Assembly: GCA_000708835.1 (NCBI GenBank)
Contig: DF237180.1
Span: 1 to 64,000, forward strand
Reading direction: 5' to 3'
DNA from: Klebsormidium nitens
Lineage: Eukaryota; Plantae; Klebsormidiophyceae
Length of the DNA stretch: 64,000 bases
Of the stretch, positions 50,401 to 62,400 are shown in pieces (position 1 is the first letter of the stretch; every line of letters starts with the position of its first letter). The notes beneath the pieces are model-generated. The model searched no databases. It worked only from the letters and a program-made list of their open reading frames with translations, and had not been told where the DNA came from. The position numbers and the translations under genes are program-made.

Positions 50401-53400
50401 AGGCGGAGCGAAGAGGAAACTCGGGGCGTTTGGTGATGAGAACGATGGGAATATCGGAGACGGGTTTAAGGCTGGCTCCGTCAAGAAGATCAAGCTGCTG
50501 TTGAGCCCTCAGAAGAAGCCCAAGCTCGAGTCGAAGAAGGGCAAGAGCCCAGTGAAGCACAAGACCCTGGTTGTGAAGCACGATAGCAAGAGTGAGCGGC
50601 AGGAGGGTGGGCTCGGAAAGGCAAGCTCTGATCCAAGCAAGGTAAAAGCAGCGGCAGCAGAGGAGAGCGCGAGTGAGGGAGGTGTCCCTAGAGGCGACTC
50701 GGAGCAGCATGCTGGGAGCTACTTTGTGCCGGATGGTTTCACTCTCATCTTCACGGCTCGAAACACGGAGAAGTCGGTTGCCATCAACGCTCCAGGCGAT
50801 CTGTGAGTGACTTCCCTCCAAGTCTGCTGCCCCTGATTCCCCTACGGAATGAAGTACTTATGTCTGTCAGCGACTGCAGAACCTGGGAGGACTCAAGACT
50901 CTGTAATTTGCAGTTCCTTTCGAGGCATAGAATCTGCTTCAGGTCGCTTTCTTGTCCGACTCAAACCGGCATATACCTGGAAAGCGGCCCTTTTAGCGTT
51001 GTGCTTTAGAGACCCACCCGTTGTGTACAAGTGGTTCTTAAGGGGATGCGACCCCATGTTGAAATGGGAATGGCACCGATAAGTTTGTCCTTAAGCACAT
51101 TGCTTCGATGCACGTTGGTTTGAAGATTTCGTGGAGAGGTTTTCTGCATTTGTTTCCCCACCAAAGAAGAGTCCCGCCGCTCAAATTAATCATGGGTTAT
51201 GCCAACCAAAGCCTACGCTCCTGGATCGGTCTAGTGCAGAGAAGGCATCACAAATGATCGAACTAAGCGTCCATGCTCTTGTTATCACGAAGCAACGCCT
51301 AAAGTCAGTAATTTCTGGTTGTGCAGGCGCTATAACATGCCCCCTGGTTGTGAGTTGCCCGTGGATGCAAAGGGGAGGAAGCTCACATACTTGCAGTCGA
51401 ACATAAAGGTGGAAGAGTAAGTTTTTGCACCCCAATACACCTTCGAACTTGAGTAGAACTCAGCACAGATCGACGGAGGTCCTCCATGATGAATATCACG
51501 ACTGTGGAGTCTTCTTATTGCTCTCTCTTTCGAACGACTTGTGTGTTTGTCAGGTTTCCGTGAATTTCGACGTTCATTTAAAAGTAGACAGATCATCACC
51601 TCATGAAGCAATTTACCCAACCTCTGCATGCGTAGACCAAGTACCACCATAAGGTCGCACTCACGTCTTGCTTCTGTGCCCTTCTTAGCGACTTGCTCGG
51701 TTGGTCACTGAGTTGCATGATATGGCCTACTTATGCCAGTACAGCTCTAGCACATGTGAGAAAGCACGGTTGTTCGCAGTTCATTTTGATTGATTGGGTG
51801 GGCCAAAAGATTGTTCGTCGCTGACAAGAAAGTATGCAAGCACGCAATGCCCTCACCTGCACCGTTTGAACAACTTGCCAGCGAATCCGAGTTCTGCATT
51901 GGAGGTCGACAGGGAGCATTTAAATGACTGCCGCCTGACGAAGGCTTGGGGTCGAAGTTGGGTGCGGCCCCCATCGATCGACGATGACAACCTTTTTTGC
52001 TGACTCCAGTAGCGTGCCTCCAGGCCTTAGATGTTTGTTCTATTTATAGCTTCCTCTCTCTTCCCCTTATTTTTTGTACCATTCACAGGAGTAGAGCAAG
52101 CAACCATTAGACCAAAGAGACTGACATCCTAGCTGCATCATTGATGACTTCTTGACCAGGGGTTCGACCGGGGGTTCTTCCTGACGGAGCAGGTGCTGGC
52201 TGACCGAGCTAAACTTTGCCGACTTCCATGTCAAATTCCCTATCATGATTTCCATGTTCCTTTTCTCTGTAGGTTTCTCTCCCTCAATCAGCACCACCCA
52301 CTTGTGAAAGGGCTTTCTACAAACGACTTCTTCTTCTCGGGCCGAAAGTTTGAATCAATGCTGGTGGAAGCCTACGGTGCTGGAGCACAGAGAGACAAGT
52401 GGGTATTCAAGAACGACGGTGGAGTTATGGAGGTTACCAGGGCCGGCCAAGTTGTGCCTCCAAAGAAGTTGTACTTACCACCCGAGACAACTACTAAAAA
52501 GGGAGTCTCTAGTCCGGCTAAGAAGCGGAAAGGGCTTGAGCGAGAAACGGAGAAAGGCGTCAAAAAGCTTAAGATTGGACTGTCTTCGAGATTCTCAAAA
52601 CCGCTCTCAAATGGGGTGGGGCTTTCCAAAAGAGGAGGACAGGGCGCGATCATAGCGGCTCAGGATGGTGAGGACGCAAAGAAGAAAGAGCCCCGATCGG
52701 AGGGTGTCCCCAAGCTTCAAAAAAGCTCTCGGAAAGTCATAGGCGGCGAAGATTCATCGCGTCTGCCAACTCTACCGGACGTACACGAGCATGGGAAATC
52801 CGCAGACGCAAGTGAAAAAGAAGCTTGTCCCAAGGAAGTCACGAACTTCAGCGTGGAGGATGTCGAAGGAAACATGCAACCTGTGGACCAACTCAACCTC
52901 GTCCAAGAGGACGCTGAGGGAAAGCTGAAACGGTTGGTCTTGGTTGGAAAAGCACAGGACGGAGGGGACGTGGAGAAGTATGTCTACAGGTGGAAAGTTA
53001 GTGTTGAGCCTTTTGGCATTGCGGTGAAGACGAAGAAAGCTGGTGAATGGTAAGTTTTGCCACTTCGGTTTTTGCAACTCAAGGGAACAGGTTTGGAAGT
53101 GCATAGGGTTGTTGAATCCGGTTTATCGTTTTTCAACTGGTGTTGATGTTGCGCTTGTTGATCGAAATCCTCTTTCAATACAGACCGTTTGCCAACATTG
53201 GACTGTCTCGAAGCAAGGCATTTGTCCAAATCGTTGTCAATGCTCGGCAGTATAGTGTGAGAGGATTTGGACATCGAATGTTCAATCGACACATCCAGAG
53301 AATCACTTTGAAATATTTAAGACGTTTATTGGTGTTACCGGGCGTGGCAATTCACGTAGCTTGCACTACCAGACGTTCCTTTTGCGGGTTGTCTGCTGAG

Positions 53401-56400
53401 AGCATTTGAAGGCAGGAAAGCTTCGCTTATGGGAACTTCGAGAAGGCCTTCCCGGAACACGGATCATAGACAAATTACTCACAACGTTTACGTCCTACCA
53501 GGGTTTTCTTGGACGTGGAGAAGGCTGAAAGCAACTATGGCCTTATCCTCGCGCCTTTGAAGCAGAGGCTAGCTCTACTACGGCCTCTGCTAGCCATCAA
53601 GACACTTGCTTGGACCGATGTCAAGAGCACCATGCTAAGGAGCCTCGATGCCGAGGCCGACCTTCTGTTCCTCCGGACATGGCTGGGAAAATTGAGGTCC
53701 GACAAGAACGAGGTATGGCAAGGCTCCGGTTTTGCAATTATAGGAGGCACTGAAGCTCGAAGACTGCAATGAGTGCTAAATTAGTTTGGATTTCATTTCT
53801 GTTGGCATGACCTTCTATGGCCCAGTTGGGTTTTCATGACCCAGCAAGCCTAGCGAGTAGACGAGCAACCAGTTAATTGACTGGTTGCGTTCAAAGTTGG
53901 CAGGTTTGGTCTCCATAGTTTTCGAAAAGAGGAAGCAACCACGCAGTGTGTAGGCCAATGTAATGCAAGTGGCATTAGATGACATGGGGAGAAAATTGGT
54001 TGTTGTGCCTATGAAGAAGGTGTACCCTCCGGTATTCTTGTGGAGATTTATCGAATCAGGATGAAGCATCGTTCGGTTGAGAGCAAGGTTGCTTGTCATT
54101 CGTCATGGAAGCGAAGTGAATTGGACACAACTTCTCTTTGTTAAAATGTAACCGGGCCTAAGCATTTCATAGAGTAGTGCAGCTGGCATCCCACCTTTTA
54201 CTCTCGACGAAATCACGAGGCCAAACCTTCGGAAGCTTTGGACCAATTCTTCCGATTGCAACTTGGTCAACCTACTTATGTGGGTTTGAAGAGGGCAGTA
54301 GTTCCCCTATAAGAAGACGTCGTTGGAGCCTGCTAAGGGCCGTTGTGCAGGGGGCAACCTAAGAACAGTCGCTAGGTAAACAGCAACCCACGCCGTTTAT
54401 TTTGTAAGCATGATGTCCTCAAACTCCTCAATCCTCTACGCAGGTATCCTTGGCTATGGATGGCTACAAGGGGTACTTGGAGGCGATGCCTCTTGACATC
54501 CTTGACCCCACGGACGATGCCTATGTTGAGACGACGTCGCTTGACACTCCCTTCAACGAAGACCAAGTAGCCGTGAATGAAGTCACCGCAGAGGACGAGG
54601 AAGTTGCGCGCACGTTTTTAGAGGAGCCGCAGGAGGCGACTACTCTTGGGGACTTCGTGTGCGCCATCTGCGATGATGGCGGTGGCGACGTGCTTCTTGT
54701 GTGAGCATGCCTCGTTTGAGCTTAATCTTTCCTCATTCAAACAGATTTTGATCCCCTCTGTGTCCTTAGTCGTGATTTTGTGAATCTGGGATCGAGTCTG
54801 ATCTTCATCATGGCCTCATCCTCACCAGCAAATCACGAACTTTGGTACGATGGCCGACGCGCTATCTTTGTAATCCAATTTTCAGCTGATAGTAACCAGG
54901 CCAAGAGGAAGATTTGGGTTTCGACTATCAAGGTTGCAAGTTGTGGCGTCATTCCAAGAGAGGCAGTTCGGACCGTTCAAATCATTGACGTTGATCTAAA
55001 AGAAGGTGGTGAGAAGGAAGCCGCTTGTTCCCCGACCAATTCGGGATGGTGCGTTTTTGCAGCTTTCGGAGAAGAATGGATGATACTGAACTTCATTGTG
55101 AGGGCTTTCGTTTTGATGCTGCAAGTTCGGCCCCTCCTTCTCTTTGCTCGTTCTAGTTTCAGCAAAAGCAACTGCTTCCAAGCTCTTGACAACACAAGCA
55201 GGAAATGTTTTTGTCGCTATTGATGCATTTTGTCTCTTGGTGACTCGTTATGACTTTTCAAAAAAATGACATCCTTGGTCAGATCCTTGTTGGTCCTTAA
55301 GGCAAAGCAGGAGTGCTATGATTACATATGCTTTGGAATCAAAGATCGGGGAATAGTTTTAATTGATCGTGAGCGATGATGCTTCTTGTTTGCAGATGCG
55401 ATGGGGAGTGCATGCGATCCTTTCATCCCCGACGGAAGGATGGCAAGGATAGCAACTGTGAAAGTCTTGGGATGTCGGAGAAGGAAGTGAAGGTTAGTCC
55501 AAGGTTTCACTTTTGAGATAGAAGGTGTGGCATCCGGATTCGAGCAAAGCTCTCAATATTGAATGTGTCTCGGAATTTCCCGCCATCTGAAAGGGTTCTG
55601 GCCAGTGAGAGACATGATTGCCGACCAAACCTTCACATAGGACAAATAGAGGGCGCGACTCAAGACGCATTACATCCGACTTGGCTCGAGCCAAAAGCTT
55701 CTTCGTGTGTGAATAGCGTGTGTTGCTTGTCTTTGGAAAGGTGTCCATCTTCTCATCAAAACAGATCGCGCCTTTTCAGGACCCTCTATCGATGGGGGCG
55801 ATGGTAGCAAAAACTTTGTTTGGTAGCGGAAAAGCTCAAGGCGGTTCTGTGTCTAATGTTTTGCCTCTAGAATGCTGCTGCACCTTGACCTTGTTTCACT
55901 GCCTTGCAGATGTACCTGGGGGACGACGTGCCGTTTCTGTGCCCCAATTGCAAGGCATTCCAACACCAGTGTTACATCTGTGGCAAGTTAGGGGACTCCG
56001 ACAAGCAGAATTCGGCCCGTGAGGTAAGATCAAATTTCGAATCCGAAGGATGGGTCCCACACTTCTTTTGACCTACCTGAAGTTTTGAACCGCTTTTGGA
56101 AGATGCGAGGTTTGAAAACCTTGGTGGATTCGCAAGTGACGTAGATATCATTGTGGCTCTGCTGTCGGGTTTCCCTGTAAGTCCTTACGGGGTGGAAGGT
56201 TGAGCATCGTTTAAAGCTGGCAGTTCTTCAATCAATTCGAAGCTTTGTGCCAAAAAAACCGGAAACGCGTTCGCTCTTCCTCCAGATTATTGCAATCCTT
56301 GACGTGTGGTGTCTGTCATTGCCGGTCTTGCACCGTTGTCCCAATGCACATGAAGCTGTTTCTGAGGACTTTGAACCATATGTTTAGACATTGTGGCTCT

Positions 56401-59400
56401 GATTTCAGTACGTCTTTGTACCTTGTGTGACTATGGCTCCTGGTCTGCAAAATAATGTCCGATTTTCACCATCTTTTTCAGGGCAGGAGTTTCGTCAAAG
56501 CTAAGCTGAGCAACCACGTGAGTCTCTCTTGAGAGCAGCCATTTCGACCACACCAAGCTTAAAAGTAGGACCCAATTGAATGTTACGTACCTTTCTGACG
56601 TGTGACAACTTCTTGACGGTCCCGAGGTTTTTTTCCGGCAGGAGTACAAGTGCGAAGTCGCGGGCTGCGGGCACTTCTACCACCCAAACTGCGTGGCCCG
56701 GTACGAGCTGCCCGGCGGCACGCTGGAAGAGATCGAGGATCGTGAGGCGGCGATCCAGGACAGCACGGGGTTCTTCCAGTGCCCCCTCCACACGTGCGAC
56801 GTCTGCAAAGGCGCTGAGGAAGATCTGGAGCAGGACGGTGGAGCGCTGGTCCGCTGCCGGCGATGCCCGGTGGCTTACCATGTCAAGTGCCTGCCGAGGT
56901 AATCACCGTCGAGACGAAAATACACTCTTTTTTTTGCGGACTTCGCTGGAATTACAGAGTTTGTGAGTTTCGAAGAATGAAGAAGAGGTGCGGCAGGGGG
57001 CTCTCGCGTATGGATGTCTGAATACTCAGTGATGTTGCATTGTTTCTCTGGGTTTCCATGTCGACGGTACCCCTTTGATCGGATTGCGTGAACCGTCATC
57101 GAAAAGAAGGTGTCATGTTTTCTTCCGTGTCAATGGGAACACTTTTGTTGGAGTGCGTGAGCAGTCAACGAAAGTGATTGTTTGATTCCGACGCTCCTTG
57201 CAGTGACCTTCCGACATCGGGCGATGATGGGGAGTTTCAGAGAGCCTGGGGACCTGGCGTCGAAGACGTCGAGCATCCCATTGAACAGCGCCTGTGCTAC
57301 TGCCGGTATGTCAAAGAGGTTTCTTGACTGGTCTTGAATCAGCACTCATCGAGTAAGATCTGATGCACCTTAATTCTACGAGCGAGCCTGGCCATTTACA
57401 AATGACCGTTAAAGTGGCGCAATCTGTCGGTGAAGGTCTTGTACTCAGTCCGGCTTTCAAAGCATAGCTACCTTGCTGTCCTGCTGTTCAACGTTCGGCT
57501 TCTTTTCTATCTACTTGGATTTTGCAAACCGCGCGAGGATCATGTCGCAGCTGGCGGGACTTTTCGGACTTAAAATCCGCTCTCCGTGTTTTTCTGCTGA
57601 GGCCTTCCACGTCCTTTCTTTTGCAGGAAGCACTCCATCGACAAGACTCTCCTCACGCCCAAGCGGAACCACCTCAAACTCAAGCCCCGAAACCGCGCGC
57701 CGCTGGCCATCGAGGTCCCGAAGCGGACAGTCGCGTCCCCTGGTCGGACGCCCCTCGCCGACTCCGCTCCAGAAACCCCTAAACCCTCCCCTAGCAAAGC
57801 GCTGACCCCTAGTAGACCGTCAGCGTCCGACCCCGACCTAGCGGTAGCACCGACACCCTCCGCGAAGACCCCTCCATCGGTTTCCGAAGGACTCCCTGAC
57901 GCAATTCCCCCTCCAACACCAATAAGGTCGGCTGCCAAATCCGAAGTCTTGGCTCCTTCAGCGGAAGAAGCTGAGGAAGAGCGGCAGCCTTCAAATATTT
58001 TGGAAGTTGCGTCGGCAGCAGGGGACGCGTCACAGCCGGCGTCCGTCAAGACCTTGGGGGTCGAGGACGAACTTCCCCCTCCCGAAGAAGTTCCTCCTGC
58101 CCTGGAGGCAGCGGAGGGACTGGAAGTCATTGCAGCGGTCGAGGTCGATGAGGGACCACCGCTGGAGGTAAAACACTCTGTTACTCGTTCTGGTGGCGCC
58201 ACAAGTGTTGTAAGTCGACAAGTCGGTTGAAAGATATGTTGAAGATTTTGCCTCGTCGAGGGCCGGGGTTTGAAGCGATTCTGTGGCTGTCGGGTTCTTG
58301 GACGCAGCCAGAGTTTAGAAACGGTGCATAGTCTGGTCGCTTCAACCGTGCTGGTCGTGTTCGTATCCGCAAATCCGGTATCGTGTTCAGTGGCAGCACG
58401 TTTGTGCGTCTGGGTGTGGACTTTCTCGTGTCATCCAATCATGCTCGATCCAGGATTGCCTCGGGTTGGGCTCGAGTCGGAATTGAGATCCAAGATGAGA
58501 TTTTGAGCTGCAAGCGCTTGTCTCTGCAGACTCAGGTGGCGGAAGCCGACGACGAAGTCGGCGAAATCGTGTGGGAGGGGCTGCCCAACGGCGAGCTCGA
58601 AGACGTCACGTCGCCTGAGGCCCTCGAGGTCATCGCGAAGCAGTGAGTGCTCTGAGTCTCATCAGATTGTAAGTTGCCGTACCGTTTGCTTGCCCGGGGT
58701 AGATTGGTTGGCGACGTAGAATGTGAAGTTAGGGCTCGGTAGAAAGCCTTTTCCGAAAGACCTGATTGTCAAGTGCTGACTTCAAAGCAGATCGATTGTT
58801 GGAACTCCTCTTAGCACCGCAATGTTTGAGTCGGCGAAACGCGTACCAACAGATTTACCTCGTTCTTTGCCAAGGCTGATGGCGCCAGTCGCTTTGTTTG
58901 GCAGTTTGGGCGAACAGATCGAGCAGGCGGAGAAGGCGATTGCCATGAGTCAGGTCCGGGGGGTTCTGGTGACGCCCAGCATCTACAGCGCCCAGGGGGA
59001 CACGCGCTCGCGCATCATGCCCAAGTCGCGGCTCGAGCCCATCTGCAACGTAAGGCGGCTGTCCTGCGCTCTGCCACATGCTTTTTGCTGCTTTTCTGGT
59101 CGTCTCCTTGTTCAGATATCGGTGAAATATGGGCTTTCTGGTACTAGAAAAGAACTCCCGGGGGTCATAAGTTCGGCAATACACTGTTCCGTTCGCCCGA
59201 CTGTGTTGGCGGTCGCTTGTCAAAGACGCTGGTGTTTGTGACTGTTGCGGGGTGGCGGTCTTACTACCGACGGAGATGTCTGCAGTGTGGATGCAGTCTC
59301 CGGCTTCACTGCATTGACTGCACAATCTGGACGGGTTCCATAAGCCCTAATGGACACCAACGCTTGGTTCGCGTGCAGGCGATTGAGAAGGCGAAAGCGG

Positions 59401-62400
59401 CAGTCCGGAGCGGGAACGCGGAAACAGCTAGGCGCATCTGTCAACAGGGCATCCCTGGGGGGGAGCGTCAGATTGACGACATGAGGCGGCTGGAGGTGAG
59501 CCAGAACGACCGTCTCTTTCCCGATTGTGGCAATTCCTGACCATTTTTGGGCAGGCAGCGACAGGAAAAGGCATCGTGTCATTGTGCAGACGCTTCCTTG
59601 GCAAATACGCGCCGCGTCGAAACTCGGACGTCTGGCTACTTGTGCAATCGGCTACTAGGCGCCCTTCCAAACCACAAGTCTACGTGGTCAAGGCTAATGC
59701 TTTAGCAGCGCAACGAAGTCGAGACGACGTGCTTTTCTATCTTGCTTAAGATGTAGAAATGTACTAATGTACCTAATGAAAAAAAAAAAAACTTTTCGAA
59801 ATAGCTACGTTCCGTTGTTTTTTTCACGTAACGTAGCCCTTTTTTATGAAGTATCAAATAGTGTTCATTTGGTTCATTTACACTGGAAATCATGTACAAT
59901 AAATGGGGGATTGACTGACAAGATGACTCAATGAAAAGAGAATTCTATTAATAACCTATTGTAGTGACCTTCGGAAGTATCTGAAGCGGACAGAAAGACA
60001 ATCTGCGAAGAAAGCTTCCCTATCGACGGATTCGACATGGTTTATCCTTCCTTTCTGGCCAGGCTGAGTAGGTATTGCCTTCCCTCCGAAAAGCAGAAGA
60101 CCTACCAGTAAGACTCTCATCGCGGACTCCCTACGTCGGCTCTCACGTTTTGTATGTCTGACAGAAGTCCTGAAACCTGCTGCCTACATCCTAGCCTCCA
60201 AATACTTCTCCTCCAAACCCTTCTACGCTGTAGACAAGGAACCCTACTAGGTTCCGGCCAGATTTACCCACTGCTTCCTCGCAGCTTCCCAATCTCCGAA
60301 CCTCAATCTGACCCGCGTCCTTTTGCTTGTATGTTGCAGTCGGTGATGCGGGTTTACCTCGCGCCGTTCCTCCACGGGAGTCGGTACACCTCGTTCGGGC
60401 GCCATTTCACACACCCCGACAAGCTGCGGGAGGTCGTCGAGCGGCTGCACCCTTACATCGACGACGGGGACGTGGTAAGCGCTGAGGAGCGGTCCTTAAC
60501 TCCGTTTCATGTGCTGTGTTCTTATTCTGCCCTTGGGCTTTGTCAGGTTTGATTCGGCTCCCTGAGATGAAGGTCCGCCTTGAAATCCGACACCGGGGCT
60601 GAGAAGCCTCGTGACGGCTACTTTGGATCCGGTGGAATATTTCCTTGTGCGTGTGAACGAAGCTTGGTACACGTTTCTGACGCTTTTTCGGAAGGCTTTT
60701 CCTCCGAAATTGAAGCTTCCTGCTTATACGCCGGGGTATCATGATGGTCTGCCTTTTTGGTTCTGCGATTAGGAAACGAATCTCAAGGGCACAACCGCGA
60801 CCTTCCTGGTTGTGTATCTTTGCGGTATCTCTTCTACATTGAAGTGTGCGATAGTGAGCCCCGTTGTCTGCTGGAGACAACCTGAATGAGGCATGAACCC
60901 AATCCTGACTCCAAACGGTCATGGAACTGGTTCTGCTTCTCTCTGCAGATTGTGGACTTTTGCTGTGGGGCGAACGACTTTTCGGTGATCCTGGCCCAAA
61001 AGCTGAACGAGCTCGGCAAGACCAACTGCGAGTACATCAACTTTGACCTCATCACAGCCAGGGTAAGGAGCGCGCTCGAGTTGCCGCTGTTTTTGGGTTC
61101 GGTTTTTTGAGTCATTAAATCGTGGATAGCCTTTTCGTAACTCCTTGTAGGGAGCCGTCGAGTGCAGGAAAGGTCTTTGTTAATGTTGAAAGCGGGATTG
61201 CCTATCCTTCGGAGCTTTTGCTTTTGCCAGAGCATGTGACTTAACATAGATTGTCGGCCGCCCGATGACCTCTGTTCCTTGCGAAGTATCGTCTCGCTCT
61301 GCTACTGTGACTTGGTTCTTACAAAGAAGAGTCGTCGGCCGACAACAATAAAACCATCCTTTTCCAAGCAGGAAAGGCCCCTCCGAGACGGTGGCAGAGT
61401 TGAAAGCACAGCATCTGCGGAATGTTGCACTCTCGACCGAAAATGTTTTAACACTTCTGACGAGCTCTTGGCCGAAAATGTTTCAACACTTCAGACGAAC
61501 TCACTTGGACTCTGCAGAACGACTTCTTCTTCACCAAGAAAGACTGGTTCCACGTCACCCGGGCCGACTTGAACGTTGAGGGGCGGCGGCTAATCATCGG
61601 CCTGAACCCGCCGTTTGGGGTCAACGCCGCGCTGGCCAACAAGTTCATCGAGCACGCGCTGACGTGGAAGCCCAAGCTGATGATCCTCATCGTGCCACCT
61701 GTCACCAGGAGGTGGGTTACGCCGATCTAAGTTTACTGCGTTGAATTTCCACTAAGGCCGTCCGAATTTTGTTGCGTTTTGTCTATCCAGAAATAAAGTA
61801 GCCCAGAACTACGTCAACCACTTTCCTCACCCAACTTGACTTTCTCTCTTCAGTACCTGGAGAATCCAGCCGTGGGCTGAGACGAGTTCGCTCGCTGTCT
61901 GCTGCTATCTTTGGCAGCGCCTTTTCGGTTGTGCTGCAGGCAGAAAAGCAGTCTCTGCATAGGGAATCACAAGGCGGCTGAACGTTTTCTTCTTTCATCC
62001 TTGTACGTTCAAGTTCCTCGACATTTTTTCGTGCCTTGTACGGCGCAAAGAAGATCTAGGCCTAAATACACGCTCTGCTCGCGGTTCAAGTTCAACACTT
62101 TCTTCCTCTGACCGATGTTCACCTTTGACGTCGTCTGCAAATTGACTTCGTTCGTTTCGTCGTCAGTTGCTCTCCTATTCGCAATCGCACAACTTTATCC
62201 CCGTCTTCTTTTCTGATTACTGACTCGGCCTCTTTCCCGCAACCCCCTGGCCGGTTGAACCTCTGGGTGCTGGGGTTTCACCTGGGTTTTCCTCTTACTA
62301 CCACCCGCGCCCATTGACTAGGATCTCGCAGTTGACTCGGTCCTTGCACCGCTTGTTCTTTCCATCCCCTCGGTAATTTGGACGTTGTTGGTACACCAGT

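Noticed and set aside
50033-50821. 262-aa minus-strand ORF
   Set aside because: Antisense shadow of EDM2-like exon 2.
54444-54452. U12-type donor GTATCCTT
   Set aside because: It directly follows a CAG acceptor and reads in frame as exon start (VSL); no U12 branch site is needed for the model.
54780-55223. 147-aa intronic ORF as a nested gene or mobile element
   Set aside because: Low GC3, no recognisable motif, no terminal repeats; ORFs of this length arise by chance.
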